DNA of 64,000 nucleotides from Polyangiaceae bacterium (GTDB lineage Bacteria > Myxococcota_A > Polyangia > Polyangiales > Polyangiaceae): positions 17,905-81,904 of the forward strand of contig JANRKO010000035.1 in assembly GCA_033763455.1 (NCBI GenBank). Reading direction: 5' to 3'. Below are positions 28,456 to 40,790 of this stretch, piece by piece. The number at the start of each line of letters is the position of its first letter. Position 1 is the first letter of the stretch. The notes under the pieces are model-generated. The model searched no databases and was not told the DNA's origin. It worked only from the letters and a program-made list of their open reading frames with translations. The position numbers and the translations under genes are program-made.

Positions 28456-29852
28456 TGATTGTGGGTTACCGGAAGCTCTGGCGCCTACGAGGGGTCGTTG
28501 CCGGACCGCTGTTGATCTCTTCGCTCGTTGGCGCAGCTTGGTCGGTGTTGTTGATCACCTCGGTAACCGGTGCTGCCGCGCAAACACTGGGCACCAGCCC
28601 TACAGCAGCGCCAGCGCCGAGCGCGCCCGCGACAACTCAGGCACCGGTCTCCAGTGGGCCACCTGCGTCAGGACGGGCCTCGCCGGGACCAGCTGCGGCG
28701 CCCTCTGCGCACGGCGCGGGGAAAGCAGAAGATCCCCTCGCCGACACGGCAGCGGCAGATCCCGCGCTGCCAGTCGGCAGCCTCTCGGCCCAGATCGTCA
28801 ACGATCAAAACCAACCCGTGCCCGGCCAAGCCGTACGCCTCGCGATCCACTTTGAGAGCATCGCCGAAGGCCAGGAAGACAAGGAGCAAACGGCGCAGAC
28901 AGACAGCGCGGGTCGAGTCCAATTCGACCGCTTAGCGATCGGCTCCAAATACAACTACCGCATCCTTACGCAGTATGCGGGGGCAGAATACAGCTCCGAA
29001 TCCGTCAACCTCGGGCCGGATATGGGCATTCACATGCGCCTGCATGTGTTTCCGTCTACCGGTGATCTCTCCTTAACGCGCATTACAACGCGTGCCCTTT
29101 ACAGCATTGAACCGCGCGATGAGGTCTTCCAGGTTCAGGCGCTGATTCGCCTGAGCAATCACGGCCCCCTTACCTTCAAACCTCAAGGCTTCAACATTCG
29201 CCTGCCCGAAGGCGCCAAAGCCTTCACCGACGACAGCAAACTCGACCAGAAATTCCAGGAAAGTTCGGGGGTTGCGCGCCTTTCTGGCAGTTTTACTCCG
29301 TACCGCCACCACGACCTCAAGTTTCGTTTTCAGATCCCCAACACCAACGAAGCGCGCCAAAGCTTCACGTTGGGCTTGCTTCCGAACGCGATCGAGTCGC
29401 GGGTGATCGTCGAAAAAGGGCGGGGAATGCAGCTTGAGGTACAGGGCTACGGCGAAGTCAAAGAAGACGCTGCTCCCGATGGGCGTGCGATCATTTGGGC
29501 GCAGAACATCGCCTCTCGCGACGGCGAACGGCGCGAAGCTGAAGTTGTTATTTCAGGGCTTCCAACGGTGGGCCCGCTCAGGATTTGGATTGTTGCCTTA
29601 GCCTTGGCTATGGCGCTGCTAGGCGTGCGAGCGGCGCGACTCAATCAGGCCCCGGACAAAGCTAAAGCGGATCCGGACCGAGCAAAGACCGAACTCGAAC
29701 AGGCCCAAGCGGTTCTATTGCAGGAGCTCCAGGCACTTGAGCGCGCCCGAGACACCTCCGAGATCGGCCCCAAGACGTACGAGCGTGCCCGTGAAGCCCT
29801 CATCCTGGCGCTCGTTCAGCTGCGCCAACAGCTCAATCAACGGCCCGGCTAA
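28452..29852 (+). CDS. Exported membrane-anchored protein (carboxypeptidase-regulatory-like domain plus CcmI-like tail)
   Basis: Signal peptide, Pro/Ala linker, TDSAGRVQF beta-sandwich, C-terminal TM, then LLQELQALERARDTSEIGPKTYE. Confidence 0.75.
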   Translation: MMIVGYRKLWRLRGVVAGPLLISSLVGAAWSVLLITSVTGAAAQTLGTSPTAAPAPSAPATTQAPVSSGPPASGRASPGPAAAPSAHGAGKAEDPLADTAAADPALPVGSLSAQIVNDQNQPVPGQAVRLAIHFESIAEGQEDKEQTAQTDSAGRVQFDRLAIGSKYNYRILTQYAGAEYSSESVNLGPDMGIHMRLHVFPSTGDLSLTRITTRALYSIEPRDEVFQVQALIRLSNHGPLTFKPQGFNIRLPEGAKAFTDDSKLDQKFQESSGVARLSGSFTPYRHHDLKFRFQIPNTNEARQSFTLGLLPNAIESRVIVEKGRGMQLEVQGYGEVKEDAAPDGRAIIWAQNIASRDGERREAEVVISGLPTVGPLRIWIVALALAMALLGVRAARLNQAPDKAKADPDRAKTELEQAQAVLLQELQALERARDTSEIGPKTYERAREALILALVQLRQQLNQRPG

Positions 29853-29939
29853 GGTCTCCGGAGGCCCACGCCTCCAGAGATTCGAGTGCTTCAACCAAAC
29901 GGCCGATCCCTGAACAGCTGTCGCGAGAACGACACAAAA

Positions 29940-30195
29940 AGCGAACAAATCCAACAATCCACAGGCTGTGGATAAATTAGGGGTAACTCTGAGGATGCTT
30001 GCGGGCCACACTTGTGGACCAAAGGGACCACCCCCATTCGTCCCCCATCGCGCCGCAGCAAGCCCCCGAGTTTCTCAACAGGGCGCCGGACTAAAACCAA
30101 AACGATTTTAGACAGTTATGCCACTGTCCACAGAATTCACAGGCCCTTCTATCACCACTAATTCTTTATTTAGATCTTAAAGAGAAAAAGAACGT
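29940..30195. promoter_or_regulatory. Probable chromosomal replication origin (oriC)
   Basis: DnaA boxes: CAATCCACA 29955, perfect TGTGGATAA 29967, TGTGGACCA 30013, TTCTCAACA 30072, CTGTCCACA 30124, GAATTCACA 30133. Then GGCC, trio-like CTTCTATCACCACTA and an AT-rich tract to ~30192, directly upstream of dnaN. Confidence 0.85.
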
Positions 30196-30328
30196 CGGGT
30201 TCCCTCCGTTCTTCCGGCCCGAGCCCGACTCGATAATATGTGGGTTTTAGCCCCCACTCCGGCCGAACTACGTATACCTGCTGCGGGTGCTAGCCGTGAG
30301 GCGCGACCCCGGCTAGTGAGGAGCGAGA

Positions 30329-31474
30329 ATGCATGTTGTCGTGAGCAAGAGGGACCTCATTCGAGTTTTGGCTCGATGCCAGGGTGTCGCTGACAAAAAG
30401 AGCACAATGCCGGCGCTGGGCAACGTCGCGTTGCAGACGATAGGTAACGATAAGTTGCGCTTGTCTGCGACCGATCTGTTCCTTGCCGTAACGAGCAGCA
30501 TCAACGCCAAGGTGGAGCGCCCTGGCACCATCGCCCTGGGCGCGAAAGATTTGCTCGAACGTGTGCGCATGATGCCCGAAGGCGAGATCTCGATTGAAAC
30601 GCCAGTCGGCTCAGCGAACAGCACGCTCCGCGCTGTGGGTTCTGCTCGACGCTACACACTGCATGGCATCCCCGGCGAGGAATTCCCGACCCTGCCAGAG
30701 CCCGATCCCAAAGCCAGTGTGTTGTCACTCCAGGTGGATTCCCTTTCACGTTTGATTGCAGCGACGCATTTCTCGATTTCCACCGACGAGACGCGTTTGC
30801 ACCTGAACAGCGCCCTGTTCGAGTGGGAAGGCGAAGCCGTACGCATGGTAACCACCGATGGCCATCGCTTGAGCAAGATGGAAATGTTTGAACCGGGGCG
30901 CCAAGCTCAGGCCTCCATGCTCATTCCGCTCAAAGGCGTGATGGAATTGAAGCGCCTGTGCGACGAAGCCAAAGGCGAAAAAGAGGGCGGAGCCGACGCC
31001 AGCATTCAGATTGTGCAGAGCGGTCCGAACGCGTTTTTCTCGCTGTCTGGTTTTCGCTTCAGCGTCAAGCTGGTGGATGCCCAGTTCCCGCCGTACCAGC
31101 AGGTGATTCCCGAAAGTAGCGAGCGCGTAGTTACCGCTCCCAGGCTCGCTGTTGCAGACGCTCTACGCGCTGTAGCTATCGCCGCAAGCGACCGCACAGG
31201 TGGCGTCAAGCTCACCATCACGCCCGGGCGGTTAAGGTTTGAGAGTGAAAGCCCCGAAAGTGGCGAAGGGTTCGACGAAGTGGCCGTGGATTATGACGGC
31301 GTGGAAATGACCGTCGGCTTCAATGCGCGGTACTTTTTGGATGTGCTCACGGCCGTGGAGGACGATGAGATCGCTCTTGGGCTCAGCGGCGAGCTAGATC
31401 CCGCAGTGGTCCAACCGGCTACCCAGGCTAAGAGCACTCGCCAAGTCGCTGTCATTATGCCGATGCGCATCTGA
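30329..31474 (+). CDS. dnaN: DNA polymerase III beta clamp
   Basis: TMPALGNV, ATDL, STDETR..LN, TDGHRL, GFNARYFLDVL, VIMPMRI. SD GAGGAG. Confidence 0.97.
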   Translation: MHVVVSKRDLIRVLARCQGVADKKSTMPALGNVALQTIGNDKLRLSATDLFLAVTSSINAKVERPGTIALGAKDLLERVRMMPEGEISIETPVGSANSTLRAVGSARRYTLHGIPGEEFPTLPEPDPKASVLSLQVDSLSRLIAATHFSISTDETRLHLNSALFEWEGEAVRMVTTDGHRLSKMEMFEPGRQAQASMLIPLKGVMELKRLCDEAKGEKEGGADASIQIVQSGPNAFFSLSGFRFSVKLVDAQFPPYQQVIPESSERVVTAPRLAVADALRAVAIAASDRTGGVKLTITPGRLRFESESPESGEGFDEVAVDYDGVEMTVGFNARYFLDVLTAVEDDEIALGLSGELDPAVVQPATQAKSTRQVAVIMPMRI

Positions 31475-31518
31475 AGTGAGCGGTGAGCCTGTGCGGCTGA
31501 AACCGACGCAGAGCGAAC

Positions 31519-32628
31519 ATGACGCACGCCCCTAGCCTCCTTTGGTTCGAACGGCTCAGGGTGCGGAGTGCGAGGAATCTTGAGGCTGTCGACTTCGATG
31601 CAAGCCCGGGGTTGAACCTGATTTATGGGGACAACGGGCAGGGAAAAACAAGTTTGCTTGAGGCGATCTATCTGGTTGCCACCAGTCGTTCCTTTCGAGC
31701 TGAGCGGATTTCAGAGCTCATTCGCGAAGGGGACCTAAGTGCGACCGTCTCTGCGAACATTGTGGAAGCCGGCTTTTCGCGCGAGCAGCGCGCAGTGATA
31801 GGGAAAAAGGAGCGCACGTTTCTTCTCGACGGAAAAAAGCCTCAATCTCTAGCTGAGTTTGCGGTCCAGACCCCTGTCGTGATTTTCCACCCCGGAGACC
31901 TTGGGTTGGTGGCGGGAGCTGCAACGATACGCCGGCGTCTGCTTCGGCGGGTCGCTCTCTACGCCAACCCGGGTAGCGCCCTTCACCGTATTCGCCTTTC
32001 CTACGCGGCTCGTAGCCGCCAGCAGGTGCTTAAGACTCGGGGAACACAAGCCCCTGAGTTGGACGCATTAGAGGCTGTGATGGCCCGACACGGCGTGAGC
32101 TACGGCCGAGCGGTGGCCAGTGCCGCAGCGGATCTGATCTCGGCTTTGAAAGGTGCTTTCGCCCAACTAGCGGCCCCCGACCTTAAGTTTGAGGCACGCC
32201 ACCGGCAAGGAGGCTCCCTAGACGAAGCCGAATACCAAAAAGCACTCGTTGAGCGACGGGCGCTCGATACAGAACGCCACGCTCAAAGTTATGGCCCTGC
32301 CAAAGATGAGCTGATCTTCGAAATAGCTGGGCGGTCCGCCCGCAAACATGCGTCCCAAGGTCAACAGCGCATTTTAGCGCTCGCCGTAAAGCTTGCTGAG
32401 CTCGAGTGCGTGCGGCAATTGCGCCAAAAGAACCCTGTGCTCCTTTTGGATGATGTTTCAAGTGAGCTCGATCCGGCGCGTACAGCGTCCGTTTACGAGT
32501 TCCTTTCCGCAAGCAAAAGCCAGATTTTCCTCACCACTACACGCCGTGAACTGTTCGCAATTCCGAGCGGCCTTGAGGGTGAAAGTGCAGTGTGGCGAGT
32601 CCAAGCCGGGAAAATTGAAAAAGCCTAA
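31519..32628 (+). CDS. recF: DNA replication/repair protein RecF
   Basis: GDNGQGKTSLLEAI, SQGQQR, LLLDDVSSELD. Lies between dnaN and gyrB. Confidence 0.95.
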   Translation: MTHAPSLLWFERLRVRSARNLEAVDFDASPGLNLIYGDNGQGKTSLLEAIYLVATSRSFRAERISELIREGDLSATVSANIVEAGFSREQRAVIGKKERTFLLDGKKPQSLAEFAVQTPVVIFHPGDLGLVAGAATIRRRLLRRVALYANPGSALHRIRLSYAARSRQQVLKTRGTQAPELDALEAVMARHGVSYGRAVASAAADLISALKGAFAQLAAPDLKFEARHRQGGSLDEAEYQKALVERRALDTERHAQSYGPAKDELIFEIAGRSARKHASQGQQRILALAVKLAELECVRQLRQKNPVLLLDDVSSELDPARTASVYEFLSASKSQIFLTTTRRELFAIPSGLEGESAVWRVQAGKIEKA

Positions 32629-32772
32629 AAGCGGGCCTTAAGTTGAGCCTTAGGGGCGGCGAATTATGGCTGCTTTTCGGGGGGCTCCAAGAACAAGAAT
32701 CCAGCATCTTTTTCGCTAGTTCAGGCTTGCTGGTGTGGGAGATTTTGGCTATACGAAAGGGCCGTTTTTTAG

Positions 32773-35283
<2,511 letters not shown>

Positions 35284-35460
35284 TAAAGCCTTGCGAGCGG
35301 CGTCCGCGTCTCGCCCGAGAAATTCGAGCTTCGCGCTCGCCCAAACGCCCGGCGGTGGTGCCGGTCTTGGGCGGGTGCAGCGCTAGATCGAGCTCTAACG
35401 GCCCCCGCAAAATACGCGTCAACGCCGATACCATCGGAGCAAGCTTTGTGCCGCGGGGGC

Positions 35461-35488
35461 CTTGATCTCGCCCCTGGGCGACTTATTT
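35461..35488 (+). promoter_or_regulatory. Possible sigma32-like heat-shock promoter for clpB
   Basis: CTTGAT-N15-CTTATTT about 115 nt upstream of clpB. A loose match only. Confidence 0.3.
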
Positions 35489-35603
35489 TCCGGTGTACGG
35501 GTGCCGGAGGGCAAAACGCGCAGCAATGCGGGTAGCGCCTGCTTGTATTCCAGTGGTTTACGCACCGAACGGTCACGTCGGTGGATGAAGAGGAGAATGT
35601 TCC

Positions 35604-38216
35604 GTGCAAATGGATAAACTGACCATCAAGAGCCAAGAGGCGATTCGCGCTGCTGTGAATATGGCGTCCCGGGCGGGAAATCCCGAGGTCACTCCCGAGC
35701 ACGTGCTGGTCGCGGTGTTGGAGCAGGGCGAAGGCGTTGGTGGCCCACTGGTTGAGAAGGCTGGCGCCAATGCGAAAAAGCTCTCAGCGGACTTCAAAGC
35801 GCGCCTGGAAACGCTGCCGAAAGTAACAGGCGGTGGGGAGCCCTCACTCAACCGACGCTCAACTCCTCTCTTTCATCACGCGGAGGACGAAGCCAAGCAC
35901 CTCAAAGACGACTTTGTGTCCGTTGAGCACTTTTTGCTCGCCGGCGCCAAACACGACAAGGATGTTCAGGCCATTTTCGATCGGCATGGCCTTTCTTACG
36001 ACAAGCTATTGCACGCCTTGGCGGCTGTGCGCGGCACTCAGCGCGTTACGGATCAAGATCCAGAGGGAAAATTTCAAGCCCTTGAGAAATACACGCGCGA
36101 TCTAACTGCGCTCGCCCAGCGCGGAAAAATCGATCCCGTTATCGGAAGGGACGAGGAGATCCGTCGGGTGATGCAGGTGTTAAGTCGCCGCGGCAAAAAC
36201 AACCCTGTTTTGATCGGTGAGCCCGGTGTAGGTAAAACGGCTATTGCCGAAGGTATCGCTCGGCGCATTGCAGCAGGCGACGTGCCCGAATCGCTACGCG
36301 ACAAGCGGCTATTGGCGCTGGATCTGGCGAGCATGATCGCCGGCTCGAAATTTCGAGGCGAGTTTGAAGATCGGCTGAAAGCAGTATTGAAAGAAGTCGA
36401 AGCTTCCAGCGGCGGCATCATTCTGTTTATCGATGAGCTTCACACACTGGTAGGCGCGGGTGCCGCTGAGGGCGCTATGGATGCGGCCAACATGCTAAAG
36501 CCGGCGCTCGCCCGCGGAGAGCTTCGAGCCATCGGTGCCACTACGCTCGACGAATACCGAAAGCATATTGAGAAGGATGCGGCTCTCGAACGTCGCTTTC
36601 AGCCCGTGATGGTGGAGCAACCTTCGGTGGAAGACACCATCGCGATCCTCCGGGGTTTAAAGGAGCGCTACGAAACGCACCACGGCATCCGAATTTTGGA
36701 TTCTGCTTTGGTGGCCGCGGCCACGCTCAGCAATCGCTACATTACCGAGCGTTTTTTGCCCGACAAGGCCATCGATCTTGTCGACGAAGCGGCCAGCAAG
36801 ATCAAGATGGAGATCGACAGCATGCCGGTCGAAATCGACCAGGTTGACCGCAAGCTTTTGCAGCTTCGTATCGAGGAGCAGGCGCTCAAGCGCGAAACAG
36901 ATAAGGCAAGCCAAGCACGCCTCGCTGATCTTAAGCTCGAAGTATCCGAGCTTTCCCAAAATAGGGATCGCATGCGCGCGCAGTGGTTGAAGGAAAAGGA
37001 AGTGATTTCTCAGCTGCGCGACGTGCAGCGCGAGATAGAAGAGTTAAAGACCAAAGCAGAGCAAGTGCAACGCTCGGGAGATCTGGGTAAAGCCGCCGAA
37101 ATTCGCTACGGAACGCTGCCAGCCGTCGAAAAGAAGATGGCAGATCTGCGCACGGAATTGGGTCGTGTTCAGGAAAACGGATCGTACCTTCGCGAAGAGG
37201 TGGGCGATGAAGATATAGCGGCCATTGTGTCCAAGTGGACGGGAGTGCCTGTCTCCAAGATGCTTGAGGGGGAGATGCAGAAGCTGCTCCGCATGGAGGA
37301 AGATCTTGCAAAGCGCGTCGTCGGTCAAGACGAAGCGCTTTTGGCGGTGGCCAATGCTGTACGCCGCTCGCGCGCCGGACTCGGCGATGAAAATCGTCCC
37401 ATTGGGTCCTTCCTGTTCTTGGGGCCCACGGGCGTGGGTAAGACGGAAACAGCACGCGCTTTGGCTGAATTTCTGTTCGACGATGAGCGCGCCATGATTC
37501 GCATCGATATGAGCGAATATATGGAAAAGCACGCCGTTTCCCGGCTAATTGGCGCCCCTCCCGGGTACGTCGGGTACGACGAAGGTGGTCAGCTCACCGA
37601 ACCGGTCCGTAGGCGCCCCTACAGCGTCATCTTGTTCGATGAGGTGGAGAAAGCGCACCCGGATGTGTTCAATACGTTGCTCCAGTTGCTGGATGACGGG
37701 CGCCTCACTGACGGCCAGGGCCGCACGGTGGACTTCAAGAACTGCGTTGTGATCCTAACGAGCAATATTGGCACGTCAGATCTCGCTGAGATTGAGAACC
37801 GCCGGGATCTGCGAGCCGACCAGAAGAAGGAGCTCGCTTACACCGCCGCGATGGAGGCCTTGCGTGCGCACTTCCGCCCAGAATTCATCAATCGGCTCGA
37901 TGAGATCGTGATTTACGGGCGCCTGGCTCGTGAGCAGATCCGCAATATTGTGGATATTCAGCTGGAGTACTTGAGAAAGCGCCTAAGCAAGCGTGAGCTC
38001 ACGCTCGAGTTGACGGACGCGGCGAAAGACTTTCTCGCGGAGGTGGGCTTTGATCCACAGTTTGGAGCGCGCCCACTCAAGCGTGCGATCCAGAAGCAGG
38101 TGGAGGATCCGTTGGCGCAAAGGATCTTGCGCGGCGAGTTTGCGCCTGGCTCGCGCATCCTTGCGGACAAATCTGACGATGGAAGGCTCACGTTCGCCGT
38201 GGGCACCGGGGCCTAA
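35604..38216 (+). CDS. clpB: Chaperone ClpB
   Basis: Two AAA+ modules ([16 protein letters not shown]), long middle coiled coil, [19 protein letters not shown]. Confidence 0.97.
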   Translation: MQMDKLTIKSQEAIRAAVNMASRAGNPEVTPEHVLVAVLEQGEGVGGPLVEKAGANAKKLSADFKARLETLPKVTGGGEPSLNRRSTPLFHHAEDEAKHLKDDFVSVEHFLLAGAKHDKDVQAIFDRHGLSYDKLLHALAAVRGTQRVTDQDPEGKFQALEKYTRDLTALAQRGKIDPVIGRDEEIRRVMQVLSRRGKNNPVLIGEPGVGKTAIAEGIARRIAAGDVPESLRDKRLLALDLASMIAGSKFRGEFEDRLKAVLKEVEASSGGIILFIDELHTLVGAGAAEGAMDAANMLKPALARGELRAIGATTLDEYRKHIEKDAALERRFQPVMVEQPSVEDTIAILRGLKERYETHHGIRILDSALVAAATLSNRYITERFLPDKAIDLVDEAASKIKMEIDSMPVEIDQVDRKLLQLRIEEQALKRETDKASQARLADLKLEVSELSQNRDRMRAQWLKEKEVISQLRDVQREIEELKTKAEQVQRSGDLGKAAEIRYGTLPAVEKKMADLRTELGRVQENGSYLREEVGDEDIAAIVSKWTGVPVSKMLEGEMQKLLRMEEDLAKRVVGQDEALLAVANAVRRSRAGLGDENRPIGSFLFLGPTGVGKTETARALAEFLFDDERAMIRIDMSEYMEKHAVSRLIGAPPGYVGYDEGGQLTEPVRRRPYSVILFDEVEKAHPDVFNTLLQLLDDGRLTDGQGRTVDFKNCVVILTSNIGTSDLAEIENRRDLRADQKKELAYTAAMEALRAHFRPEFINRLDEIVIYGRLAREQIRNIVDIQLEYLRKRLSKRELTLELTDAAKDFLAEVGFDPQFGARPLKRAIQKQVEDPLAQRILRGEFAPGSRILADKSDDGRLTFAVGTGA

Positions 38217-38245
38217 CCCGACGACACCAACGCCCAACGCCAAAT

Positions 38246-38414
38246 GCCAATGGGAGGTTGAAGCCACAAGATCCTCAACCGCCAATGGGAGGTTGAAGCC
38301 ACAAGACCCTCAACCGCCAATGGGAGGTTGAAGCCACCAGACCCTCAACCGCCAATGGGAGGTTGAAGCCACCAGACCCTCAACCGCCAATGGGAGGTTG
38401 AAGCCACAAGATCC
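38246..38414. repeat. 35-bp tandem repeat, about 4.8 copies
   Basis: Unit GCCAATGGGAGGTTGAAGCCAC(A/C)AGA(T/C)CCTCAACC at 38246, 38281, 38316, 38351 and 38386 (partial). Confidence 0.95.
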
Positions 38415-38647
38415 GCGGGATCATTAGCTGCGGAGTTAACGGCACGTCAACGCAGTGGCTAGTGCTCGGTGTGTTCCAATTTTGCTTGGCGGCTGCGGGA
38501 AGGTACCTGCACTGCAGCAAGAGATAATTGTCATGCTAAGTACCTCATGCGCGAAAGAAAGTGCCCAACCCAGGCGACAAGCCCGAACTTCGCCCGCACG
38601 CGCGACCCGCGCTTTCTCCGCCAATTCAGACAGGCGCAACCACAGAT

Positions 38648-39220
38648 TCACACGATAGGTTTCGTGGGAGCCTCGTCGTCATCGCGCTGGAGGTCCGCAA
38701 GCGCCGCTCGCACTAGCTCTAAGTACGCATCCCACGGAAAATTCTTGCCCGGGTCGACGTGGGTGGACTTCTTGAATGCCTTTGTTACGTCGATATGCCC
38801 GCAGATCCCGCGCTTCTTTGCCAAAAGATCCGCCGGCGTTAGTCGAACCACTGGAATGCCATGGCGATGGCAGATGTCGGCACACAAGCCAGCGGATTTC
38901 TGCAGCATTGCGAGTGAATAAGCGTCCGCCCAGTTTTGAGTGCTCTGCCCTGCGAACCCCGCGTGCTCCAAGTGCACTGCGTTGCGGTTGGCGCCGGGTG
39001 CAGCCCACGCGACATCTTTCTCACGTACGCTCTGCACGACATCGACATTGTCGATGCAATAGTGCGCGCTCGCCTTCGGGGCCGTTGGCCCGGAAAACCA
39101 ACGCGCCACGGCGAGTGCGGTACCGGGTTTTTCCGCCGCCTCCATCGTGTGGATAACGACAAGTTCGACGCTGCGCCCTGCGGGCACGGCGGTGTAGTTC
39201 TTGGCCTGAATGAATTGCAT
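38648..39220 (-). CDS. N-acetylmuramoyl-L-alanine amidase (Amidase_2/AmpD-like)
   Basis: VVIHTME, ASAHY, VAWAAP, HLEH, GHIDV, HVDPG.NFPW. Confidence 0.9.
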   Translation of the reverse strand: MQFIQAKNYTAVPAGRSVELVVIHTMEAAEKPGTALAVARWFSGPTAPKASAHYCIDNVDVVQSVREKDVAWAAPGANRNAVHLEHAGFAGQSTQNWADAYSLAMLQKSAGLCADICHRHGIPVVRLTPADLLAKKRGICGHIDVTKAFKKSTHVDPGKNFPWDAYLELVRAALADLQRDDDEAPTKPIV

Positions 39221-39405
39221 GGTGTCGACTCCGGGGCTGCCCGCGAAGGGCTCAAAACGCAGGAATGGTTGGCGCTAAGGTACCAATTCTCTATCCGGTC
39301 TTGGGCATGGCCGGTCAATGGTCACCTATTCATCGGTCGGGTCGCTTTGAATCTCGAATTGATTTGTCGGGCCGGACGTGTAGAAGTCCTGGCGTTACCT
39401 TGGCC

Positions 39406-40098
39406 ATGACGACCCGCGTACTTCTGATCCGCCACGGCGCCACCGTCCTTACTGCGGAAGACCGTTTTGCCGGCGCGACGGATGTGGAGCTTTCGGAAGA
39501 AGGTCGTGAACAGGCAAGGAGTTTGGGCGCCCGGCTGGCCGGAGAGAAGCTGGCGGCCATCTACACGAGCCCCCTCAGGAGAACGCGCGATACGGCTGGG
39601 TTTCTGGCAGCGCCCCACGGCCTTCAAGCCCGCGAACGAGACGGACTGCGGGAAATCAATCATGGCCGCTGGGAAGAGCTCACGCGGCGCGAGGTGGAGG
39701 CGCGCTTTTTGGAAGAGTACCAGTCGTGGGAGCAAGATCCGTTTACCTACGCGCCGGAGGGTGGAGAATCTGGTGCTCAGGTAATGTCGCGAGCATTGCC
39801 AGTGATTCGTGAGGTGGTATTGAATCACACGGGCCAGACGGTTGCCGTGGTATCGCATAAGGCGACGATACGGTTGGTGTTGTGTGCGCTTCTGGGTATC
39901 GATGCGCGAGGTTATCGCGACAGACTTGATCAGTCGCCCGCTTGCCTCAATGTTATCGACTTCAAAGATCCGGTGAGAGCACGGCTCATGACCTACAACG
40001 ACACCTCGCACTACAGTTCTCAGCCGCGCCGCTCAGAAGCCCAGCTCTCCAAATGGTGGGATAAAGAGGGTTCGAAGCGAGGGCCATATGGCAGCTGA
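39406..40098 (+). CDS. Histidine phosphatase family protein
   Basis: LIRHG, SPLRR, LREINHG.WE, GGES, VVSH. Confidence 0.92.
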   Translation: MTTRVLLIRHGATVLTAEDRFAGATDVELSEEGREQARSLGARLAGEKLAAIYTSPLRRTRDTAGFLAAPHGLQARERDGLREINHGRWEELTRREVEARFLEEYQSWEQDPFTYAPEGGESGAQVMSRALPVIREVVLNHTGQTVAVVSHKATIRLVLCALLGIDARGYRDRLDQSPACLNVIDFKDPVRARLMTYNDTSHYSSQPRRSEAQLSKWWDKEGSKRGPYGS

Positions 40099-40753
40099 CC
40101 CAACTCCCGATCCCAAGGTTGCGCCGGAGGCTTCGGCTCACGAAGGCTCAGAACCACTGAGAAATGAGGGGCGGTCACCGTCTTCCGAATCGGTGTGTGA
40201 TGCTCCAGAGGGTGATACCCACACGGAAACGGCGGAGGAAGTTGACGAGTTGGGTTGGGCTGGCCCCAGCCGCAGTCAGGTAAAGCGTGAAGCTGAGGCG
40301 GCGACTAAGCTCGGTCAGAAGCTCACGGGGCTTCCCCCGGGCGTGCTTCAGCACCTTCCGCTCACCCCCGAGGTGAGAGAGGCGATTGAGGTGTGGCGTA
40401 AGCTCCGCCGTGGCGCTCAAAGCAGGCAATTGCGCCGCTTGGGGTCTCTCCTCCGAGCTACGGATCTTGGGCCAATTATGGAGGCGCTCGGGCGCCGAAC
40501 GATTCAGAGCCCCGAGGAGCAGCAATTGGAGCAGTTGGGGGAGCTCTGGCGCACGCGGCTCATCGAAGGTGGGGACGACGTGGTGGAGGCCTTCCTTGCC
40601 AAGTACCCGGGTGGGGACCGCCAGCACTTGCGCCAGTTGGCACGCGCCTCCAAAGGTGAGCCCGTTACAGATCGAATGAAGCGAACCAGGCGAGAGTTGC
40701 TTCGGCAGCTTCGCGACATGATCCGTGCATCGAATGCTAGCGCGGAGGGTTAG
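40088..40753 (+). CDS. darP: Ribosome-associated protein YjgA/DarP (DUF615)
   Basis: PSRSQVKRE..A.KLG..L, RQLRRLG.LLR, WRTRLI.GGD, YPGGDRQHLRQL. Confidence 0.85.
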   Translation: MAADPTPDPKVAPEASAHEGSEPLRNEGRSPSSESVCDAPEGDTHTETAEEVDELGWAGPSRSQVKREAEAATKLGQKLTGLPPGVLQHLPLTPEVREAIEVWRKLRRGAQSRQLRRLGSLLRATDLGPIMEALGRRTIQSPEEQQLEQLGELWRTRLIEGGDDVVEAFLAKYPGGDRQHLRQLARASKGEPVTDRMKRTRRELLRQLRDMIRASNASAEG

Positions 40754-40790
40754 GTTTCGCGGGCGGATCCGTGCGCTCGGCACGAATAGC

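Noticed and set aside
38246..38414. CRISPR array
   Set aside because: Units are contiguous with no unique spacers, and there are no cas genes in the window.
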